DNA of 39,967 nucleotides from a virus (taxonomy: Duplodnaviria; Heunggongvirae; Uroviricota; Caudoviricetes; Ackermannviridae), in IMG/VR virus record IMGVR_UViG_2974546594_000001, positions 121,536 through 161,502 of that record. The stretch is one strand, 5' to 3'. Positions 1-7,976 of the stretch are shown here, piece after piece; position 1 is the stretch's first letter, and each line of letters begins with the position of its first letter. The notes under the pieces were generated by a model that saw only the letters and a list, made by a program, of their open reading frames with translations, ran no database searches and was not told the origin of the DNA. The position numbers and the translations under genes were made by a program.

Positions 1-588
1 AAAGATGGTAACAATCCGGAAAACAACGGCAAGGTCTTCTTGCTTGAGTTCGGTAATGCCGTCAAGAAAATCCTGGATTCGGCTCAGAATCCTAAGTTCT
101 CAACTGACCCTAAATTCGACCCGTTCGATATGTGGGAAGGCGCGAACCTGATTCTGAACCTCTTTGGTGAAGAGAAAGAGTTCGGAAACTGGAAAGGTCT
201 GGTGGCTAACTTCACCAATGTGAAGTGGGATACTCCGGCACCTTTGGGGACAGACGAATACATTGAAGAGATCTGGGAAAAAGAACACAGTCTGTTTGAG
301 TTCTTTAATCCGGCCAACTTCAAATCGTACGAAGATCTGGAAAAACGTTTGCGCAAAGTTCTGGCCATCCCTGACAATCAGCCTCTGGTTGAAGGTGGTG
401 CTTCTACTATGGCACATGCGCCTACCCAGTCTCAGGAACCACAGCGCCCAACAGCGCAGGAAAGTCTGAACCAACAACAATCTCAGCCTTCTAATGCACA
501 GCAATCTGTTCCAGCCAATAATGGTGGTGCCGATGCGAAACAGACGGCTTCCATTGATGAGTTCGAGCAGTTCCTGAAGCAAGACTAA
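1..588 (+). CDS. 32: ssDNA-binding protein, T4 gp32-like (5'-truncated by window)
   Basis: Frame open from base 1 (KDGNNPENNGKVFLLEFGNAVKKI); FDMWEGANL..L, NFTNVKW and acidic C-terminal tail typical of gp32. Confidence 0.92.
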   Translation, partial: KDGNNPENNGKVFLLEFGNAVKKILDSAQNPKFSTDPKFDPFDMWEGANLILNLFGEEKEFGNWKGLVANFTNVKWDTPAPLGTDEYIEEIWEKEHSLFEFFNPANFKSYEDLEKRLRKVLAIPDNQPLVEGGASTMAHAPTQSQEPQRPTAQESLNQQQSQPSNAQQSVPANNGGADAKQTASIDEFEQFLKQD

Positions 589-593
589 TTTCG

Positions 594-624
594 CTAAAGC
601 CCCTTCGGGGGCTTTTTAGTTTTT
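594..624. terminator. Bidirectional intrinsic terminator between convergent gp32 and gp54
   Basis: AAAGCCCC-TTCG-GGGGCTTT, 8-bp stem, UUCG loop, T run after and A run before. Confidence 0.9.
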
Positions 625-1557
625 GACAACATCCTGTAACAATCCCAACAGACTACTCTTCTCAGACGCCGTCAGGTTATCATTGCCTAAGATATCCCTC
701 TGGATGCCGATAGAGATCCTTTCGAAATCAGCCAGGCTGATACCAGCCAGATTGTTTACAAGCTGATCGAGTTGCTTATAAGCCAGCAGGGCTTCACCTG
801 TGAAGTTTCCTTCTTTGATCTTTTTATACAGCTGTCCGGCTTTTGACGCAGCGGTTTCCCAGTCTCCGGAAGCAAGAGCATCAGTAATACCCAAAGGAAG
901 AAAATCGCTGGCGAGGCTGCGCGTTTCATATTCAGTCTCCGATAATACTTTGTTATAAGAAAAGGAAATGTTGTACTGATTAAATTGATCGGCGGCGCTT
1001 TTATCCAGATCTATAGAACTGAAGTTGATGGGGTGAGCCTCAGTCACATAAACGCGATGAACAACCTGATCTTCTGTATCCATTTGCTCTATACAAATAT
1101 CAGTCACGAAATCTTCATAATAACCCATCTTGGTTGTGTATGGGTCGAATATCAGATTCTTCCATTTGTCCATGACCGACTTTTCATAATAATCGTTGGC
1201 GAGGAGGAACGACAACTCCAGATCAATGTTCGTCTTGTTGTTCGGCATTTTAATGTGGTTGCCGTTGTTGGTCATGGGAGTAGTGTCAATCCCTGTACCA
1301 GGTAAAGATGCGACCATACACATCATTTGCAGGGAACGAGATGTTTGGTTTGTCCCTCCAAAGAATGCGTTTACAATACGGGCGCTTTGTTTGAATAAAT
1401 CGCCGAATGAAGATGAAGGATATGCGTTCCCATCATTTGCTAGTGTCGCATTGGAATCAAATATTCCAGGCGGCAACGGAATTGTAACACGAAATCTGTT
1501 CTTGCGGGAAATACCCCGTTGAAGCAGTTGCGTTAGAAAATTGCGATAGTCTTCCAC
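616..1557 (-). CDS. 54: Baseplate tail-tube initiator, gp54-like (gp19 fold)
   Basis: RKNRFRV N-terminal motif, SLPG..LELSF..KW..LIFDP..P....LD...DQF....SFSY tube-fold pattern. Start moved to GTG at 1557, which follows a GGAG SD and a TATAAATA late promoter. Confidence 0.8.
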   Translation of the reverse strand: MEDYRNFLTQLLQRGISRKNRFRVTIPLPPGIFDSNATLANDGNAYPSSSFGDLFKQSARIVNAFFGGTNQTSRSLQMMCMVASLPGTGIDTTPMTNNGNHIKMPNNKTNIDLELSFLLANDYYEKSVMDKWKNLIFDPYTTKMGYYEDFVTDICIEQMDTEDQVVHRVYVTEAHPINFSSIDLDKSAADQFNQYNISFSYNKVLSETEYETRSLASDFLPLGITDALASGDWETAASKAGQLYKKIKEGNFTGEALLAYKQLDQLVNNLAGISLADFERISIGIQRDILGNDNLTASEKSSLLGLLQDVVKN

Positions 1558-1571
1558 GATGAGGACTCCAT

Positions 1572-1578
1572 TTAAATA
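1572..1578 (+). promoter_or_regulatory. Candidate late promoter (TTAAATA variant) for gp2
   Basis: NTAAATA about 34 nt upstream of the ATG at 1612, same spacing as the other late-gene copies. Confidence 0.45.
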
Positions 1579-1591
1579 ATATATCTGTTGA

Positions 1592-1599
1592 TATTTATA
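1592..1599 (-). promoter_or_regulatory. T4-type late promoter TATAAATA for gp54
   Basis: Exact gp55 consensus on the minus strand, 35 nt upstream of the GTG start. Confidence 0.8.
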
Positions 1600-1611
1600 A
1601 GGAGTTGACAA

Positions 1612-2316
1612 ATGGCTAAGAACGCTATGGGTGAAGAAGACCCGTTGTTGCTTCCCGCCGAGATGGACGCCCCAGAACTGGTCAAGCGTTACATCCGCAA
1701 ATATCGTCAACATTTTGGGCCGGAAGCGAAGCGTAATATCCGTCGTTCTCATGTGTGGTTTATGGAGCGCGTATCGAAAGATGCGAACTTATCTCCGAAT
1801 CACATGATGAAAGCATTCGCTGAAAATAAACGTCCTGTTCAGGGTGTGCGTTATATTGTTGGTCGCATGTATTATTTCAAATATGATGCGCTGACTAAAG
1901 ATGAACTCCCGTATTGGGATATGTATCCTCTGGTGTTCTTCTTCAATTTTGTGAAGGGGGATGGGGTGAAATTCGGTGAACGTGGTGTAACCTATCTTTA
2001 TGGCCTAAACCTCCATTATTTACCGCCTAAACTCAGATTGTTGGTATTTGAAGATCTCATTAAATTGAGAAATGAACGGGCATATCGTTCTAAAACACGT
2101 TTGAGACTTACCTGGGATGCGCTAAAGCGGTTTGCGAATCACCCTTTGTACAATCATTGTGTCAAATTATACCGCGCAGATCAATTTCGTTCACAACTTT
2201 ATGAAATTGAACCGCAATATTGGGAGGTCGTTTTGTTTATGCGTACTGCTCGATTCCAGAAACAGAGTCAGATGTCTGTTTGGAAGGACGCACGTCGTAA
2301 ACACAAAAATGGTTAG
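1612..2316 (+). CDS. 2: DNA end protector protein, gp2-like
   Basis: GRMYYFKYDA.TK..LPYWD.YPL and GLNLHYLPP motifs; AAGGAG SD. Confidence 0.9.
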   Translation: MAKNAMGEEDPLLLPAEMDAPELVKRYIRKYRQHFGPEAKRNIRRSHVWFMERVSKDANLSPNHMMKAFAENKRPVQGVRYIVGRMYYFKYDALTKDELPYWDMYPLVFFFNFVKGDGVKFGERGVTYLYGLNLHYLPPKLRLLVFEDLIKLRNERAYRSKTRLRLTWDALKRFANHPLYNHCVKLYRADQFRSQLYEIEPQYWEVVLFMRTARFQKQSQMSVWKDARRKHKNG

Positions 2317-2321
2317 TTCTA

Positions 2322-2356
2322 AAAGCCGTTCTACGTGATAATTCGCGAACGGCTTT
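2322..2356 (+). terminator. Probable terminator after gp2
   Basis: 10-bp stem AAAGCCGTTC/GAACGGCTTT with 15-nt loop. Confidence 0.55.
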
Positions 2357-2377
2357 CTATAAACATGAGGTTATGAT

Positions 2378-3124
2378 ATGTCACAGCTACATCGTATTTT
2401 TGGTATTGAATTCAGTTCTAATTGCGTTCGATATGATCGCACCCATAAAGATTCGGGTGGTAAAACCGGATATGAACTCGGTAGCCAGTTGGGATATTCC
2501 AAGGAACAATTGTTTAATCAGCACAGGCTGAATGAAACGGATCTTCTTAAGGTTATGGGTATTGAACTTGATTCCGAAGCCAGCTTGGATCTGGGCGACG
2601 AAATTCGTTTTGGCAAACCAGAAGCATTGGAATTCATTGAAGACTTCGTTTCTGGTTATACCCAAGCCGCTACGAACCGCCGCGCTGCTAATGATGCAGT
2701 GGGTAAATTCTACTTTGCGGCGAAATATCTTGCCGACAAACGTATACAGATGGAAGCGGAATTCAGTAAAGAAAATCTGAAAGCGGTTTTCGGCGAAGAA
2801 GGCGATTTCCGTTTAATGCCAGAATCTGGCACTGATTCAGCTCGTGATTTCTTTGAAAAACCATTTGTGGTCAAAGGCTGTAAAATTCTTACCGACGAAG
2901 ACCACGCTTTCGCAATCCATACTGAAGTCGTTTACAATGAAGAGAATTGCCTTGTTATTTCCAGATTGTTCAACAGTCTGTCATATACAGCGTATTCTTT
3001 GATTGAACGTTGTATGGAAGAAGAGCATCGTCAGGTAGTGGTGAATAAAATTCGCTTACACGTTGAGCAGAATTTTAACGGGTTTGGTTGTGAATCCGGC
3101 GAAATCCCTAATTTCTATCTGTAG
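2378..3124 (+). CDS. Hypothetical protein (248 aa)
   Basis: Long ORF with GAGG SD; no recognised motif. Confidence 0.8.
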   Translation: MSQLHRIFGIEFSSNCVRYDRTHKDSGGKTGYELGSQLGYSKEQLFNQHRLNETDLLKVMGIELDSEASLDLGDEIRFGKPEALEFIEDFVSGYTQAATNRRAANDAVGKFYFAAKYLADKRIQMEAEFSKENLKAVFGEEGDFRLMPESGTDSARDFFEKPFVVKGCKILTDEDHAFAIHTEVVYNEENCLVISRLFNSLSYTAYSLIERCMEEEHRQVVVNKIRLHVEQNFNGFGCESGEIPNFYL

Positions 3125-3142
3125 CACAAGCAGGGGGGCTGT

Positions 3143-3430
3143 ATGAAGAAATATGTTCGCCTGAACACAGTACTGGAATCTGTAATCGAATATTTTATAA
3201 TGCAGCACCTGAGAGCAGAAAATGATCATGTGAGCGATGCTTTGACTTATGACCACCGGATAGTGGTTCATTCCGTCGAAATAGTGGACGACGAATTGTT
3301 GATTGCCAACATAGAACATGCTCTCTGGGACGAAGTTTTGGACCAGTATGTTCAACCCAAATTCACACAAATCGAGTTGTCTGCCATGTGGCCACCTGAA
3401 ACAGTTTTCAATATTGATATACAAAGTTAA
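3143..3430 (+). CDS. Hypothetical protein (95 aa)
   Basis: ORF packed after the previous gene, G-rich SD. Confidence 0.7.
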   Translation: MKKYVRLNTVLESVIEYFIMQHLRAENDHVSDALTYDHRIVVHSVEIVDDELLIANIEHALWDEVLDQYVQPKFTQIELSAMWPPETVFNIDIQS

Positions 3431-3508
3431 TATTCACGCCAGTCCGCGCTGATACAGCGTTCCGTTGTCTAACACAGAAGTGTTAACCAACTTTTCAATA
3501 AAAAGTGG

Positions 3509-3536
3509 TTTACATCTTCTAAAAAGGCAGTATATT
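3509..3536 (+). promoter_or_regulatory. Sigma70-like early promoter
   Basis: TTTACA-N16-TATATT in an AT-rich intergenic gap upstream of 3604. Confidence 0.6.
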
Positions 3537-3603
3537 AATGTTCCAGACGCACAGTTGAACATTAGACTGCCAAAGAAGGTTACTACACAAAAGGGTTTTT
3601 ATT

Positions 3604-4563
3604 ATGTCCTATATTCTTCATATCGAGTCCGGCCTGAAATTTGAAATTGATGGTAAAACCGCTGCTGATCTTCAAGCAGAAATCAAAGGTGCAGACCTTA
3701 TCATCGGCAACGTCACGTTACGCCGTATGATGGAAGGCGTCCTCCAGTCAGCCAATGGCTTTGAACTCATCGAAGGTCTGAGCCAGGAAGAGAAAGAAGA
3801 GACTCTCGAAGCTCTTGACCGCGCTGAAGCCGAAAAAGTTAAACCGACCGAAGATGCGGGGGTTAAACAGGGCGACGGTGAATCAAATCCGGTGATTGAC
3901 GCCGAAGAAACGGTTGGGCAACCTGTCGGTGATCAAAATTCCCAGACCGTCGAAGACGGTTCTCTTGAAGTCAACAAAGACGGTTCCATTTCCCTGGTAG
4001 TTGAAGGCGAAGAAGTTCTTGACGAAGAAGCGCAAGCCCGTGCTGAAGAAGTTCGCCGTCGTATGCTGGGCACAACCGTTGCTGAAGCAATCGCCGACGT
4101 TGAAAATCCGAAGGATGATCAGGCTTTAGCGAACGCGAAGGCGGTTCTGGCCAAGAAATCTTCTGAAATGCGCCCTGCATCTTCTACCGAAGAACGCAAG
4201 CGTCGTCATAACAAGCGTGAAGAAATGGTTGAAGCGGCTCGCGCATCCAATTATGGTCCTATCCTGGCTGCGGTTGAATCAGGGGTTGTGCCTGGGGTTT
4301 ATTTGAGCTATGTGAATCCGGATATGCGCTGGTTCCAGTTCCCTGTTACCGAACTGGCAGATGAAGCCAATCCACACGCCCGCACCAATACTTATGTTGA
4401 TCTGGCGCCAATCGTTTCCGGCGGCTGGGGGTTCAGTCTGTATGTGAATGGTAAATCATTCACCAAACGCCAGAAAATCAAAGAAACTGATGCCGAATCT
4501 CTGGTGAAAGCAATCAATGAATGGTTACCACAGGCGTTGGCCGAAGCGAAAGCTGCTGCGTAA
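3604..4563 (+). CDS. Hypothetical protein (319 aa), acidic N-terminal half
   Basis: Long ORF with phage-like codon use; function not recognised. Confidence 0.85.
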   Translation: MSYILHIESGLKFEIDGKTAADLQAEIKGADLIIGNVTLRRMMEGVLQSANGFELIEGLSQEEKEETLEALDRAEAEKVKPTEDAGVKQGDGESNPVIDAEETVGQPVGDQNSQTVEDGSLEVNKDGSISLVVEGEEVLDEEAQARAEEVRRRMLGTTVAEAIADVENPKDDQALANAKAVLAKKSSEMRPASSTEERKRRHNKREEMVEAARASNYGPILAAVESGVVPGVYLSYVNPDMRWFQFPVTELADEANPHARTNTYVDLAPIVSGGWGFSLYVNGKSFTKRQKIKETDAESLVKAINEWLPQALAEAKAAA

Positions 4564-4578
4564 TTTAATTCAGAAGCG

Positions 4579-4620
4579 TTCAATAGATAAAGGGGCTGCT
4601 ATAATAGCAGCTCCTTTTGT
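4579..4620 (+). promoter_or_regulatory. TTCAAT-N15-TATAAT promoter with the -10 at the apex of a 13-bp terminator-like hairpin
   Basis: TTCAAT 4579-84, TATAAT 4600-05; stem 4589-4601/4605-4617 followed by TGTTT. Confidence 0.7.
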
Positions 4621-4635
4621 TTATTGGAGCACACC

Positions 4636-5298
4636 ATGTCGTATTCGCTCAAAGGGTTGTTGAAGCGCCCCGTACATCTGTTTGTAAAACCACCTGCTGT
4701 CGAAGGGGAATATCCGGCACGAGGAGAGTTGTATTACGTTAAAGGCTCCAACGGTAGCGGCAAGTCCACTGTCCCTTCCTATCTGGCGGAGAATGATCCT
4801 CAGGCGTATGTCGTGACCTACAATGGCAAGATCATGCTCACAGTTTGCCCTTCCTATAACATTATCTGTATTGGTAAATATGACAAGTCTAAGTCTAAAG
4901 GTGTTGATTCCCTGAAAGATACCGAGCAGATGTTGTTCGCCTTGTCCATTGCTGATCAGCCGGAATATCTGAAATATGACGTGTTGTTTGAAGGAATCAT
5001 CCCTTCAACTTTGCTCAGCTCATGGATTCCCCGCCTGACGCGCCCACCGCGCGAATTAGTCGTGCTCTTCATGGACACCCCGCTTGAAACCTGTGTTTCC
5101 CGTGTGAAATCACGCAACGGCGGCGCAGACTTCAATGAAAGCCTGGTTGTCGAAAAGTGGGAGAGAGTTCATGACCACCGCCAACGGCATAAAGGCTTGT
5201 TCCCTACCGTTCCCGCAGGTATGATGAAGTCCAATGGCCTGACTATAGAGCAGGCTGTTTTTGCGTTTCTCAATCGTGATTTTGGGAGTATTGATTGA
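4636..5298 (+). CDS. P-loop nucleotide kinase-like protein (hmdU/hypermodification-associated)
   Basis: Walker A GSNGSGKS, LFEG Walker B-like strand, TC.SRV..R lid; first gene of the hydroxymethylase operon; ATG 4636 after GGAG. Confidence 0.75.
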   Translation: MSYSLKGLLKRPVHLFVKPPAVEGEYPARGELYYVKGSNGSGKSTVPSYLAENDPQAYVVTYNGKIMLTVCPSYNIICIGKYDKSKSKGVDSLKDTEQMLFALSIADQPEYLKYDVLFEGIIPSTLLSSWIPRLTRPPRELVVLFMDTPLETCVSRVKSRNGGADFNESLVVEKWERVHDHRQRHKGLFPTVPAGMMKSNGLTIEQAVFAFLNRDFGSID

Positions 5299-6338
5299 TG
5301 GAAATTTTTGCTTTAAACAATAATGATATGCTGAAGAAGGCTGTGTTGGCCATCCGTGAACACGGCATTGAGTCAGATCCTGGCAACGCAGAGATTAACA
5401 CGGACGGCACTCGTTTCATTGATGGTGTAACAATTACAGTATCAGATCCACGTGATCGTTGGCTTTCCGTTGAAGGCCGTAACTCGTCGGCAATTGCTGC
5501 CATCGGTGAGACATTCTGGGTGTTGTCCGGACGTAATGATATCCGTTTCCTTTCGAAAGTCTTACCCCGCGCCGCCAACTTCTCTGATGACGGTGTAACC
5601 TGGCGAGGCGCGTATGGCCCACGTCTGTACAATAATGGCCAGTTGGATAGTGTCATCAGCCGTCTGCGTAATAATCCCAACACCCGTCAGGCGTATCTCA
5701 CCATCTATGATCCGGCGCTGGACTCAGATGAAGGTTTGGCCGCCCATAGTGAAACTGGAGAAGCCAAGACCAAGGACATGATCTGTAATCTTGCTCTATT
5801 GTTCAGTATAACAGAAGGGCGATTGAATATCACTGTCATTAACCGCAGCCAAGATGTCTTGTGGGGTATGAGTTCAATCAATTTCATTGAATTCTCTATC
5901 CTGCAAGAAGTTCTGGCGAAAGTGCTGAATGTCGAAGTTGGGTATTACAAACTGTTTTCTAACAATCTTCATTATTACAACAATGAAGTTAGTCGGAAAC
6001 AACTCGGGGGTATCACTAAGAAGACCAAAACTTCTTCTGGGATGTATAATTCTTTGCTGGAATTCTCTTCAGAAAAAGTGAAGTCGCAAAAAGATATTTG
6101 TAATCTATTCCTCGGCGTGTTACATCACTGTGACATCGGCAGTGATTTTGGTAAAATCAGAGAACATCTGAAAGGATATCAAGCAGACACGGGATTGATG
6201 ATGGATATGTCATATTGCCTGTGGTGTCGACTCAATGATACCAAAATTGACAAACGCCGTATCGCTGATGACGGTCTTCGTACTGCATTACTGCATTCCT
6301 CTGTTGATCAGAAATTTATGTGGGGGTATGGCGAATGA
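5298..6338 (+). CDS. dUMP hydroxymethyltransferase (thymidylate synthase superfamily)
   Basis: GAYGPR, TRQA, catalytic Cys in KDMICN, RSQDVLWG..SIN (Asn indicates dUMP substrate), NNLHYY; lacks the PPCH/LGLPFN motifs of ThyA. Confidence 0.85.
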   Translation: MEIFALNNNDMLKKAVLAIREHGIESDPGNAEINTDGTRFIDGVTITVSDPRDRWLSVEGRNSSAIAAIGETFWVLSGRNDIRFLSKVLPRAANFSDDGVTWRGAYGPRLYNNGQLDSVISRLRNNPNTRQAYLTIYDPALDSDEGLAAHSETGEAKTKDMICNLALLFSITEGRLNITVINRSQDVLWGMSSINFIEFSILQEVLAKVLNVEVGYYKLFSNNLHYYNNEVSRKQLGGITKKTKTSSGMYNSLLEFSSEKVKSQKDICNLFLGVLHHCDIGSDFGKIREHLKGYQADTGLMMDMSYCLWCRLNDTKIDKRRIADDGLRTALLHSSVDQKFMWGYGE

Positions 6339-6904
6339 TGTACCAGAACCTTGAATTCTTCACGGGGCGCAAGCGCTCCGGCAAGGACTTCTGTTTGGAG
6401 TCCCTGATCAGTTTTCATCATATTCAGGGTGATAAGGATATTCGTCGTCTGTCTTTCTCAGATGAACTGCGACGTGTCGCCAATTTCATCTATCCATGGC
6501 TACCAGCGGAGGTGGAGGATGCTGTGAAGGACGTTCCATTCGTACACCCTGATAACCCCAAGGGCTTAACCCCACGGCAGATCTGGCTTCATCTGGGCAG
6601 CGATACGGGCTTGCGTTATGTACAACCAGACCTGTTCCTGTCATTCTTTAAACGATATCAACTTCCTTTGGTGGAGCAGAACCCACACGTTCATTATATC
6701 GTGAGTGATTTGCGTACCCCTCAGGAATATGAATGGGCGCTGAGCACTAAATGTCCCATCACCCGCATTTCAAAGGCGGATCGCGGTGGTATCATAGAGG
6801 ATGACATTGAGGCTTTCATTGATAAGATGGAAGTTGATTATGAATTTGTCAATCCGTTTGAAGGTTGGCAACCGTTCGTCAAATTTTATAGGGATCGGAA
6901 ATGA
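6335..6904 (+). CDS. 1: Deoxynucleoside monophosphate kinase, T4 gp1-like
   Basis: TGRKRSGKD P-loop, PRQIWLHLG.D, VSDLRTPQE. Confidence 0.8.
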   Translation: MMYQNLEFFTGRKRSGKDFCLESLISFHHIQGDKDIRRLSFSDELRRVANFIYPWLPAEVEDAVKDVPFVHPDNPKGLTPRQIWLHLGSDTGLRYVQPDLFLSFFKRYQLPLVEQNPHVHYIVSDLRTPQEYEWALSTKCPITRISKADRGGIIEDDIEAFIDKMEVDYEFVNPFEGWQPFVKFYRDRK

Positions 6905-7446
6905 TCACAGCAGAGCATATTAAAAGTCTGCTCGAACTTCAAAAGGCCACCAACGTGGCCTACTTTGGGGAAGAGTGGCGTAAACATTGGACTGAGGTTG
7001 CGGTGGTGAATTCTATCTATCGTGAGTGGGCTGAATTCCTTGACGAAGTTTCCAGCAGTTGGAAAATCTACGGCAATGACCAGCAATGGCACCAAGTGAA
7101 TGCGGTGTATGAACTAGTGGACGTGGTTCACTTCATGTTGTGCGCCGTACTGCAGGAAGAAGAAAAGCCACACGATATTCCAGAAATGGTTCAATTCGTG
7201 CAGACACAACCAATCCAAAAACCGCATGACCTCAGGAAAGTGACTGAACTGTTCACGCACTTCATGTCTCATCCTGAACGTAACGTGTTGGCTACCTTCT
7301 TGGCGTGTGCTTGTGGTTATCTAGGACTGGACGCCGAAACTTACATGCTGGCACACAAACGCAAAAATGATCGCAATCGGCTGCGTGCTGCTGGCGGTGC
7401 GAACTACGATAAGTCCGCAGAAACCCCTCTGACCCTGGAGTTCTAA
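6901..7446 (+). CDS. Dimeric (all-alpha) dUTPase
   Basis: EWAEFLDE, ELVDVVHF and Y..K...N..R motifs of the dimeric dUTPase family. Confidence 0.8.
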   Translation: MITAEHIKSLLELQKATNVAYFGEEWRKHWTEVAVVNSIYREWAEFLDEVSSSWKIYGNDQQWHQVNAVYELVDVVHFMLCAVLQEEEKPHDIPEMVQFVQTQPIQKPHDLRKVTELFTHFMSHPERNVLATFLACACGYLGLDAETYMLAHKRKNDRNRLRAAGGANYDKSAETPLTLEF

Positions 7447-7976
7447 TGTTTACAGTTGTCGTATCATATTATGCGGAACATGCCCCGCGCATGGCAGAGA
7501 ACTTCGCTGAGTTTATTAAACCAGGCGGTCATGTCGTTATTGCGACCAATTTCAAGAAAGAGCCAGATGGTGCGGCTACTGTAACACAACATATTACAAC
7601 CAAAGAGCCGGAAACACTTTTTAAACGTATTGAAGATTTTGCTTTTGGCGGGGAAGAAATTCCAGAGTCATTACAGCATATCTATTTTGAAGATGCGATA
7701 TATTATGTTCATGCTATACCAAAAGATGTTACAACCGAACAACTAATGTATGTTTTGAATATTGCGTTAAATTTGTCATGTGTCAATAGGGCACAGCATA
7801 ATCGTCTGCGCAATATGTATTTAACAGAACGCGGGGGTTCCGGAATCAGTGATGAAAAACTCCCGTCGGTAATGGCAATTCAAGAAGCAATTAACATATT
7901 GTCCAAGAAAGTCTTGGGCACCGATTTATTAATCACGATCAACAAGCAAGAGGAAACGAAATGGCCGATTCATTGA
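7446..7976 (+). CDS. Hypothetical protein (176 aa)
   Basis: Start overlaps dUTPase stop; end overlaps uvsX start. Confidence 0.75.
   Translation: MFTVVVSYYAEHAPRMAENFAEFIKPGGHVVIATNFKKEPDGAATVTQHITTKEPETLFKRIEDFAFGGEEIPESLQHIYFEDAIYYVHAIPKDVTTEQLMYVLNIALNLSCVNRAQHNRLRNMYLTERGGSGISDEKLPSVMAIQEAINILSKKVLGTDLLITINKQEETKWPIH

Noticed and set aside
421-540. Gln-rich CAA/CAG stretch in gp32
   Set aside because: Ordinary low-complexity linker before the acidic tail, not a tandem DNA repeat.
1605-1610. Perfect TTGACA -35
   Set aside because: No -10 at 16-18 nt; it is just the spacer between the gp2 SD and ATG.
1558-1752. 5' extension of the minus-strand ORF 616..1752
   Set aside because: Overlaps gp2 antisense; SD, late promoter and gp54 homology all point to GTG at 1557.
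2358-2365. TATAAACA as a late promoter
   Set aside because: Mismatch in the conserved core, only about 12 nt from the start codon, and the downstream gene is not evidently late.
5298-6338. Ordinary thymidylate synthase
   Set aside because: Lacks the PPCH and LGLPFN signatures; motifs and context fit dUMP hydroxymethylase.
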